Part shown: positions 29,587 to 40,537 of the stretch, one piece after another | Numbering within the stretch: position 1 is the stretch's first letter | Layout of the letters: every line of letters starts with the position of its first letter | Assembly (NCBI RefSeq): GCF_000181795.1 | Contig: NW_003526945.1 | Location: forward strand, 2,670,488-2,734,487 | Origin: Trichinella spiralis | Taxonomy: Eukaryota | Direction: 5' to 3' | Length of the DNA stretch: 64,000 bases | The notes under the pieces: model-generated | Database searches by the model: none | What the model saw: the letters and a program-made list of their open reading frames with translations, nothing else | Told to the model about the DNA's origin: nothing | Program-made: the position numbers and the translations under genes

Positions 29587-32500
29587 CTAGAAATTCTTCA
29601 CTTCCAATATTTCGAGCTAGAAATAAAAAAATTAAATTAAACCACAATAAATTTGTCAGCAAAAATTAAAATGTTAAATAACCGTTCCATCCTGTCTGCC
29701 AACAGCAATCATTTGACCACTTCGGTTCCACATCATGACGTTCACCGTGGCCCTGTCTCCATTGCCAATCTTTCTCAACCGCTTCCCATTCTGAAATTAT
29801 TCAAATAAACAAAACATCGGTCAAAAAAAAACAATGCATAATTCGCATCCAACGAGTCATATTTATTTACACGGCCGTTCCACAAGCAAATCACGCTGTC
29901 AGATGAACAAGAGATAAGCATGTCGGTCCCAGGTCTGAACGCAACCATGCGCAGAGATGTCATGTGCCCATTTAGCATGTGCAACATTTCTGCGCTTATT
30001 ACATCCCAAACACAAACTAGGCCATCTTCAGATCCGCTAAAAAATTTTATTATAAAAAAAAGAAAAAGAAATCAAATTATTGCAAAACACACAACAATAA
30101 ATCACATGTACCTTGCCAAAATTGCCTGATCAGTACTATGCCAACCCAACGTGTTCACTTCGGCAGTGTGTCCTTTCAAACAACCAACGCATTCTTCATT
30201 TCCAAATCGCCAGACCTTTGAAATATGGTGTATAAAACCAATTTACAGACAATTTCTTTGCAAAAACAATTCATTTAACATACCTTAACCATCATATCAC
30301 TGGAACCAGTAGCTGCCATATTGCCAGTTGGGTCCCATTTGATCACATTGATACTATTTTCATGACCGTTGAACGGACCCGACGCATCTGTACTGGTGAT
30401 ACAACAATGAAACAACATTCCATCTTTGGAACATGCGGTGAAAGTGGCGCCATCTTTCCAATCAGCGTCGGTTACATCATCTTCAAAAGGCGTGAAACAC
30501 CCAACGCAATCGCCCGTCCTGGCAGACCATAGTGAAATAACCTAGAACACATTTATTTCAGTTGAAGACTAAAGGATTTCAACAATTCTCTGAAAATGCA
30601 TGCTTTTGGCAAAGCAAGTTTAAAAAAAACACCAACGCAACTGCGTAAGAAAAATATAAGAGAGAAGGTATTGTGGATAGAGGAAAAATTGCTCACCCCA
30701 TCTACAGTAGCAGTCAGCAACAGTCTTTCGGTGGCATTCCATTTCAATATAGCAATGTCTTCCGGAACGTTGAAGCAATTGATTGTAAAATTGCCTGAAA
30801 ATGCATGATCATCAATTCATACAATCTCGAACAAACAAGTAAAACAAGGCTAGACGACAGAATTTGATTTTCATTTACCATCCTTTTTACAGATTCGAAT
30901 TTTTCCGCTACTGTCAGCAGAGGCAATCAAATCTCCTTGTGACTGAAATGGAAATAAAAAAATCAAATCAAATCAAATCAAATAACATTACTCTAGAAAT
31001 TCAAAAACATACACTCCACGAAACCAAAACGACGCCATTACTGACAGGCAAATTTACACCATTATTTTCGTCTTCAAAACAAGTTATCTCACGACAGCTA
31101 TTTTTTGTCTCTTCCTTTTTATCTTTCAAATTCCACAAACGCACTACTTTGTCAGCAGATCTGTTGAAAAAAAATTAATAATTTATGCTAATGCAACGCT
31201 GAAAAGAAAAACCCCGTAAGCAGTAAATCTTCTTCAAAACTCCAATCCAAGCTGCAAATGCTGCTGTTGTAGTTTGTGCACATGATACATTTCAGTTCGA
31301 CAACTGTAAATGATGAATCTTCGGAAGCTAAAGCAAAACAACAACAACATAGAATTGTTGGATAAATAATAAGTGAAACAACAGAATATAACGCTTTCAT
31401 TTTACAAAATTTACAATTGTCAACAGAAGTTGTCTCAGTACTACTTGAACTTGATTCGGATAGAAAACATTCACCAGGTACCAAATCGTATAAATTGCCA
31501 TCCTAAATGAAAAACTTCAAACATGAAACACAAATAACAAAATTACATTGCACATTTATATATACTGATCACAACCTGAGGAATATCTCCGTCCACAATA
31601 GACTTGAAATGAAGCATCTCGAGAAGTTTTTTCAAACTTCCTTTGCAAATGCTCAAGTCTTCTATGCCGCAATTTTCCTCCACTGCATTATTTTCTGCAA
31701 ACAATTCTGCGGTTACATGATAGCCTGAAAAATGAATACCACACTGCAATGTCGGTTTGAAACAGTAAAGACAAATGAATAAAATAAACGTTTTAATTTT
31801 TCAGCAATCTATGAAAAAGAACATAAATACACAGCAAGATGACAATTCGTGCTTGAAAGCAATAGTTACGATAAATGATCTCAAAATATTCATTCCATGA
31901 AGATGAAAGTTTATCAAATGAAAAACCGACCAATTACTTAACTAGCAATAAAAACACGAAAAAAAATGACAATATTGGCTGTTTAAAAAACTTCCTCAAA
32001 ATATAACTGATAATTTTTTAAAAAATTGCAAATTTAAACACACAATTAATTCACAGGTCACAATGCAGAATATGCACCGATGGCAGTGAGCAATGGGTAA
32101 GAAGAAATTTCAAACTTAAAAATTTGCTCAACAATCGACAGATCTATTTAGAGGTTAATTTACTAATAAAAAAATGATATACTGAATAACAATAAAATAC
32201 TGAGAAAACTAAATTCATAAAACATAATTCATAATGAACACGTCTTATTGAAGTACATTCAAGAAAATTGGTCAGCTGAATTTCAGTGTTGGCCAGAATA
32301 AATTTGCTTAAAATAAATGTGCACAGTTCTTACCGTAATCTTTGAAAAACCTCCAAATTAGAAAATTCAACTGATCCTCAGGAAATGGAGAAAGTACTGA
32401 AGTAGGAGTGGAACAATCTGCGTCCTCGTCGAATTCGCTGTCAAACTCAGATAAAGGTGGTGTAGAACAGTCTTCATCCTGGTCGAATCCGATGTTATGC

Positions 32501-32763
32501 TCAGCTGAACGTGGTGTGGAACAATTTGCGTCCTCGTCGAATCCTCTGTTATGCTCAGCTAAAGGTGGAGTGGAACAGTTTTCGTCCTCGTCGAATCCGA
32601 TGTTATGCTCAGCTGAACGTGGTGCGGAACAGTCTTCGTCCTCATCAGATTTGCTGTTATGTTCATCTGCAGGTGAAGTGGAACAATTTGCGTCCTCGTC
32701 GAATCCTCTGTTATGCTCATCAGAAGGTAGAGTGGAACAGTTTTCGTCCTCGCCAGTTGCCAT
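29587..32763 (-). CDS. Diverged TBL1/ebi-like LisH + WD40 protein, copy B (12 exons), with an acidic N-terminal tandem repeat
   Basis: EDQLNFLIWRFFKDYG|YHVTAELF is LisH-like. WD40 exons include SICSLDWSFEEDLLLTGSADKVVRLWNL, VTDADWKDGATFTACSKDG, FNGHENSINVIKWDPTGNMAATGSSDMMVKVW and LKGHTAEVNTLGW. The last exon reads LEILEVKNF*. Intron positions match copy A. Confidence 0.85.
32404..32751 (-). repeat. Coding 54-bp (18-aa) tandem repeat, about 6.5 units, consensus EDxNCSTPxxxEHNxGFD
   Basis: Units: EDENCSTLPSDEHNRGFD, EDANCSTSPADEHNSKSD, EDEDCSAPRSAEHNIGFD, EDENCSTPPLAEHNRGFD, EDANCSTPRSAEHNIGFD, QDEDCSTPPLSEFDSEFD, EDADCSTP. Confidence 0.95.
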
Positions 32764-34360
32764 CTTTTAGTACCGGTCAATCTATGGTTAAGAACAAAAT
32801 ATATATATAAAGAACAGCAACATGTTATATATTAAATAAGATCGAATGTCAGTCGAGATTCATTGTGACATTCAATATTGTGTTGATTTTTGACTCGCCT
32901 GACCATTCTCAAAGGCTTACCTTTCACGTTCAATTTCAATTAAGTCCGAAACTTTTCAGCAGAAGAAACTTTATCAATTTTACGCGTGCAAACTGATTAA
33001 TAATAATATTTCTGAATGCTGTAAATATGCACGACCCACGCTTGCTCGTACCAATACAGACAGAGTTCTGGTGAGAGAATATCCGACAGTAATCTACTGT
33101 GTAAAATGAAAAGCAGGTATTATTGTTTAAAAATTAATACAAAATCAACTTGTTAAAAAATACCTCTAAAAAATAAATTTAAAATAAATTCGTGTTAAAA
33201 TTTTTATTATTTTATTATTTGACAATTGGTATTGTATTTTTTCCCCATTTTCACGGGACACTCTCTCTTGGTAAAATTTTCTGGGATGATTTTCTATTGG
33301 TTGGCAAAAAATGGAGTTTTCATTGGATAGCTTCTGATTGCATAGTTATGGCGTAATAACATTGGTTGTCTCGCCTAAATTTTTCATCACAAGGTTGAAC
33401 ATTAATAGTAAGTAGCAAGCGAATCCGTGAACATTTCTTTCAAAATAATACAAACAATAAATAAAAATGACAATTTATAATAATTTATAAAAATACGCAA
33501 ATTTTTTTCTCACAATTTTACGAATGATCACCTGCACGCTTTTTAATCCTCCTTTACTTTCAAAATTCATACTGTAACAAAGTGCCAATTAACCCTGTGA
33601 ATGAGATGTTTCGCGTTTTTCGGTTTGTTTATAATGTTTATTCATAATTTTTCATTATAAACACAGCATTATATTTTGTTCATGTTTACCTCAAGTAAAT
33701 CCAATTATTCCATCCTATTTGTAAAATGCAGTTTTTTCTCTTATTGAAAAAAATACTACATAATAATAATAAGAGTAAAACAGCGTGTGTGAATGAACGA
33801 ATGAGCCATTTAAATATGAATATACTGTATGCTTGAAAATGAATGAAATGAAATAAAGTAAGAGTAACTGCGCAACAGAAGATAGAAAAGGTATTTTTAA
33901 AAAAAATCACACTACAAATGAATGCACCAACACAATAGCCAGGTGCCGGCCGGTCAGCCGGTTGTAATATTTGACTGTTTGTTTTCACACAGCTTCTTCA
34001 TTTATTACGCACAGTAAATGAATAATCGCATTCAGTTGAACAATAAATGGCGTTTCTTCTTTCTAAAATAAAACAATAAAAACCAAAAACGGCACAAATT
34101 TTCAAAACATAAATTGCCAGTGTCGTGTGAGATTCACTAATAGAATTCAATATTTTTAATAGATGTTAAATCGTCGTTCAAAAATTATATAATTTTGTTG
34201 AAAAGCAAAAATAAAAAATAAAATTTCCATTATTTCGTGCGTCGTGTGCTTTTTTTCAGTTGTAGCATAATTGCGCAAAAATTAAAAAAATAAAATAATC
34301 AACGACCCTGAACTGCAGTTGCGAATGTTGGTTGCTGGGTGAAAATTTGAAAGCAACAAC

Positions 34361-36516
34361 TTACAATCGGAAACTATTTGGAAACGTGCGAGATGCGTAC
34401 GAGCTCAATCGACTGAAATCAGTGCGGAAATTGAGCTATGTTTTATCATTATTAAAACAAAAAAAGTATATATTTTCCCGCTTACTCTTTCAAACTGTCG
34501 GCCGAGGCAGAATGCGTGAACGACGGATGTTCCTCTTTGAAGCGGAACTTGTCGTCCGCAAGGGTTTTCATTTTCTCCTGAATCATGGCTCGTTTCTGTT
34601 CCAAGTGCTGGTTGTTGTCCATCGTTCTGCGTGCTAGCTGAAAGCAAACAAATTTGCCCAAAATAACAACACTGACAGAGCTGATTTGAATGTCATTTAT
34701 ACGATGAGCCACACCAACCTCTTCTTCTAATTTTGTCAATTTTTCCATCTTCTCTTTGATCTTCTGCTCAAATACCTGAAATGATGGCCGAATACTACTT
34801 CTCACGTAAATGATAATATCAATCAATATAATTGCTTCACTTGATTGATGTCGCTTTCCATTTTTTCCAAATGACGTTGATGTTGGCGTCTTTCCTCTTC
34901 AATTTGCGTAAACGGATCCCTAGAATGACAACGGCTACTACACATGGAAAGTTGCTTCTCTATTTTACAAACAAACTGCATCGTTACATTGTCAACTCGC
35001 TAGCGTTGTGATGATCGCAGGCGCTCAACATTTGACGACAACGAAAATTTTCATAGTGCACGTAATTGGTAACATCCACCAAATCCAGCATGTAACTTCT
35101 GCAAAATTGTGCAGATGAAAAACCAACATATTTTGAAACAAACAAACAACTCACTTGATTAAACTGTTTTTCAAGTATGTAAAATCATTGTGTTCCGGAT
35201 TTTCCACTACAGCACACAAACAAGTGAAACACGTTGAAATAAATTATGCAAAAAGACGGGCAGAAAAAAAAGCAGTCGTTTCCTCACCTTCCACAACACC
35301 CCACGGATATTTGCGACAACGAACATTTTTGCCGTTTATTTCGCAAAAATCTGAACTGCCAACAACGGCGAACGGAAGTCGATCTTTGAAAAGCATCTGC
35401 TCACCAGGACGGCCGGATTCGGTTTCGGGAAAATCATAAATCTGAATGCCATTCTCTTCGATTTGATTTAAAATCTGAATTTAAAATTTTCCATTTTATT
35501 TCATAATTGGAATATAGAAAAGAATGAAATATACAGTTTCCTTCATGCGTTGACATTCTTCCGGGAGAAGCGTGTCCGCCTTGGCGATGATCGGAATAAT
35601 GTTCACACGATCGTGAAGTTTTTGCAAAACTTGGATATCCAGTGCTTTGAGGCTAGAAAAGATTTTTAAAAAAATAACACTGAAAACCACAACCAAATTC
35701 TCAACTACCCGTCACCGTTCGGCGGTACAAAATACAAACAACAGTGAACACGCTGGTCAGGAATATTGACAGATCGGTTGATTTTCGTTTCTGCTTCGAA
35801 ATATTTCAAATACTGTTGATCAATGTATTGCACAATTGGTTTCCAGCTAAAAGCAACAAGAACAAGAACAACAAGGAGAGAAATAAAATGCACAATGCAT
35901 AAATTTAGAAATACATCAACAACCTGTTGTTATTGTCTATAGCATCACCGAAGCCAGGTGTGTCGACTACCGTCAACGCCAATTTGACGCCATTTTCTAC
36001 CAAATGAACGACATTTTCTTCAATCTGAAAAGAGAAAAATGAAAAAAAAAATTTTCACTTTCACAAATCCACGTCTTCACTTACATGCAAGGGTTTGGAT
36101 CTAGGCTTTCGTTCAGGTGGGTAGATGTCAGCCATGAACAGTGTGTTGAGCAAAGTGGACTTGCCGAGGCCACTTTCGCCGACAACCATGATGGTAAATT
36201 CGAAACCTTTCTTCAACGCATTCCCGTGAACCTGGTTGGGCAAATATGAAAAGCCAACAAAGCCACGCAGTTCGGAATATGCTGGCGACACGCCCTTTTC
36301 CCACTTTTTCCCACCTTTCTGACTCTGACCATTGGATGTCATGTGAACTAGAAAAAAATTACAATTTTAAATCAATAAATAAACAGATAAAAATATACAT
36401 GAAGAAAGTTCTTCGCATATGGACGGTCGACTTATTGTTCGCGTGTCCATGCCAGGTTTGTAAATATGATTATTCTCAGCTAAATAATGGGACGGTTTGG
36501 TGCGACGCCCGAATTC
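34361..36516 (-). CDS. Septin, SEPT7/peanut/UNC-59-like; multi-exon, 5' end and last exon uncertain
   Basis: Contains [24 protein letters not shown] (G1), [11 protein letters not shown] (G3), [21 protein letters not shown] (G4), [18 protein letters not shown] (septin unique element) and a C-terminal coiled-coil ([14 protein letters not shown]). Confidence 0.9.
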
Positions 36517-36597
36517 CTGCAATATTCAAACAGAACAACAAATAAACACAGCGTTGAATGAAAAACAAACATGAATCAATTTATTATTATTCATTCG

Positions 36598-36634
<37 letters not shown>

Positions 36635-39600
36635 AGTCAGTTAGCGTTAATAAATAAAAAATATATAACATTCATCTTGTCTTTTGTTTCTCTTTCTTAA
36701 AACAATCAAGCTTACTTACTAGCTGAACTAAAAGCAGCGAACAAATTAAAATTGAACGTGCAAACCAGATGACCAAACCAAATGAAATAATAATAATAAT
36801 AATTCCTGTTAGTTGGATTTTGAAAAATTCAAAAAATCCCATCTCAAACAGATGGTAGTAAAAGCAGCACTTGTGTACGTTTTTAAATTGAATAAGTAAA
36901 ATGTACTGAAGTGAAAAATGCATTTACACTTGGAGGGAAAAAAAGAAAAAATATCACCACCAAGAGGAAGACTGACTAATTGAACGTTTCGAGCAGATTT
37001 GAGAAAATTAAAAGTACAAACGAGCCAAGAAAAGCAATTGCACACTGCTTGATGTAGGTAGTGACTGATGTATTACTGGAAAGAGAAGAAGAAACAAAAC
37101 AAAAAAAAAACAGTACAAGCACGCACTTTAAATGAAATGCTGGCACGGTTGAAGTGCTTCTCAGCAGATCGGCTTTCGGCTCGTTTCATCCTACCGCGTC
37201 GCTAGTTAGTTAAGTTCAGTTAGTTAGTTCAGTGGAAGATGAGAAAGTGCAATTTTGCCGACGGCAGAAATAATGCTCAAACGTCAGTGATGAATAACGT
37301 TACAAATAATAATAATAATAATAATGGAATGAGAAAATATCCAGAATACGATAAGAAATTGGACGACGAACACGCATTCCAATGATCGAATACAATCGCC
37401 GCAAACAGAGAATAGCACCGATAAGAAGCAATAAAGAAAAAAATATTGGAAAGGCATAAAAGCGACACGACCGCCGAGCAAACTTAGCCTTGATAACGGT
37501 GTCCAGTTTTACGAGCACGGTAAACGCGCTGATTCAACACGTTTCCATGACAAATGATTTCAAAAACAATACAAAACCAATGCCTCGTGACAGTTTACAA
37601 CAATGCAAGTATCACTGAACGATCAGGCGAAATGACAAAGCGAAACAAAGCTTCAATTCAACGAAAAAAAACGACAACGATGTGATAGAATAGAAATTTG
37701 AAAAAAAAAAGAAATTCAGCTGAAAAAATGACGCATCCGGCAATTTCGAAACTTCCTAGTACGGTTAGCAAAGCGTCGAGCAAGGTCATTTATGCTTTCA
37801 CTGAACAGTCAACTTGTCCGGACAACTAAGCAAACTAAAGTAAATTGGAAATTTCCAACGACAACAATAAGTTGCAAGCGTCAATTTAGCCGACGGTCAG
37901 AGTTAAAGAAGACAACTGTTAGCGGAGCTTACTTCGTTTGGTGGATAAATTTGAACAGAATTCATCGCAGAATTGATTCGAGTTCGTTTCACAGCGCACA
38001 ACTGACTACCGTTCACAAACTGCTTGTTTGAATTCAATATTCTTCAAGACACCTACTTTTCAAAGAATACTGTAAAAGATACTGTACTGTGGTGTTCATT
38101 TTATTTTTATTTCACGAAGAAAGAAATAATGTTGAAAATTTGAAAATTTTAGCAAAAATAATTTAATTTTTTTTATTTTTCAATTATTCACAATTACAAA
38201 CCACTACATGCAACTTAATTAGATCTTTTGCATCAACAACAGTTGCGCACTTTTATTTGAATTAATTAATTTTTAAAACAATTTTTAAAAATGAAAAACA
38301 TTTTTACTACAAAATTTTAAATATAAACATTTTATACTTTTATTTCATCAATGATGCAATGAAATTTTCAAACATTTAGGTCACAGTAATGATGCCAGTC
38401 AGTTGAGATGTAGAAATTCAAATTATTTTCATTTTTGACCAAATCGGACAACATTGAAATTATCGCAAATATTATTCAAGTGATTTTTTTTGGTCACTTA
38501 CTGCTAAGCATGGTGGTGAGTTTGCTTGCAGTACAGTTCGCCAATGCGCAACATTATTGTTCAATTCGTTTTGTAGAAAAAATTTTCGGTCATAATTCTT
38601 GCACGCGTTGTGCAAGCAAATGTTACAATTCAATTTTTTACAATTCCAAAATTATCTATTAAGCGTGAAAATTCTGTTGAGACATTTTGTTACAATTGCT
38701 TCGGCAACAGTCTGAACTAGAAGCGTCCGCTAAAGCAACATTTTGCACATTGTTACAACATATAATTTGTTATACCGTTGCGTTGTTATATAACAGTTGC
38801 AATCGTTTTGTATACGGTTCTGCATACAATTTGATTCATTGATCATCATACTGATCAAAGAAGACAAATAAAAGTAACTGTTTCAGCATTGTTCATAAGC
38901 GAAAAACAAAAAGAAAGAAAGATTCATTTTGCGATCTCAGTCATTCAGAACATTCAAACAATTGGGAAGAATTTTGCATTTAAACGCTCAACAAAGATGT
39001 GACTATCAAGTAAAAAGGATTAAAATGTTTCTTTTTGAACAGCACTCTCAAATGCAACAAATAGTGAAAGTTGAATAGCTAGCCGGCCGTTCAATGCTTA
39101 TTTATAAAAAAAGGACTTCCGGATATAATGGGCATTTCAAAGATACATTTCTAGCCCGTTTATTCGGCCCACATAGATTTGAGAATTAGCATGACTGCTT
39201 TTTATTGAATGATGACACGCGAAAATGGCAAGCAATTTGTTTTGCAGTTTCTTCGTTGTGTTTACAATTGAGTTGAGGAATTTTTGAAGAATGAAAAGCA
39301 TCTGTGGGTAGTGAGAAAACGTTTTCTCACTAAATCATACATATCATTCATCATAGCCCAAGTGAAAGAATTGGCCGAGTAAGAGGAAATTATAATTGTT
39401 GTTGTTCTATTCTTTTTTTTAATTTGCTTTTAACGCAAATGTTTTATCAACATTAGTGGAAAAATTAAAATGCTGTCAGAAATGATCGTGTCTTGAAATC
39501 GTAGTACACAACGGAATTTGACAAATGATCGCAATTGGCTTCAGAAGCTAAAAATTTCCACAACTAACAAAAAGCACCTCCTGGCCGTTGTTCTCTGCCT

Positions 39601-39798
39601 CTGCAAAAGTTTATCTGTTACTCCAACAGCTGCCTATCGCTTCACCAAGCCAACATCAAATTTATTATAAATAATTGATTAGCACGCCTGCGGAAAGTCG
39701 ACTTGAAAAACTGTGCTTCCTTGATATAGGGCCAACTCTTGCAGAAGTGTCTTCGTCGAGCAGTGGTCGCCTATATAATTATATATATATATTCAACA

Positions 39799-40495
39799 AT
39801 GTTCAACCTGTGTTTAACGATAGTTGTTGTAATTTCGATCACCACTACAGCCCAAACGAAGCGTGTTGACTGTAACAGAAAACCGATAAAAAATGACGAT
39901 GCTATAAAAAGCCCGGGCAACAATGGATTTCACATCACTATCCAATCATATCCACTAAATCAATCATCCCAACCGGTAAACAGTTACGTGCCTGGTGAAA
40001 AATATACAGGTAAAAATTGAAAATAATACTTGAAAATCTTTATTTTTTTAAAGAACTATCTTTTCTGTTATTAACACTGTTCAGAATCATGCCTCATAGT
40101 TAGAAGAGTTACTATTCACAATGCTTTACGCTTGTCCTGTGCAAATAAGTTACTGAGAAATTTTTTAATAAATACCATAACATTTTCCTAATACAATAAA
40201 TCATAATTTTAAAATTGATTTACCTAATAGAGTTCAAATATGAAAAAGAAAACAGTGAAAATATGTTTTGTTTTTCATATATCAAACTATATATATATAT
40301 ATATATATATTAATGAGTTCTTGAGAAGATGGATTATCAATGTTGGGAATGTGACGACGTTAAATGTGTGATGTTGCTTCAAGTGAAGCAGGTTTCGATG
40401 CTTTCATTACGTTATCACTCGCCGAGAGTAATTTTAATTATCAATAGAAACGACACAGCATAAATAACTATAGGCAATTAATGATGATGATGATG

Positions 40496-40537
<42 letters not shown>

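Noticed and set aside
32404..32751. 54-bp repeat as a CRISPR-like array
   Set aside because: The units are contiguous with no unique spacers, lie in frame within a eukaryotic exon, and no cas genes are present.
32782..32920. U12-type intron suggested by TTCTTAAC close to the acceptor (a similar CTTAAC occurs in a DPH5 intron)
   Set aside because: The donors are GTAAGC and GTGAAC, not the required RTATCCTT; treated as ordinary U2 introns.
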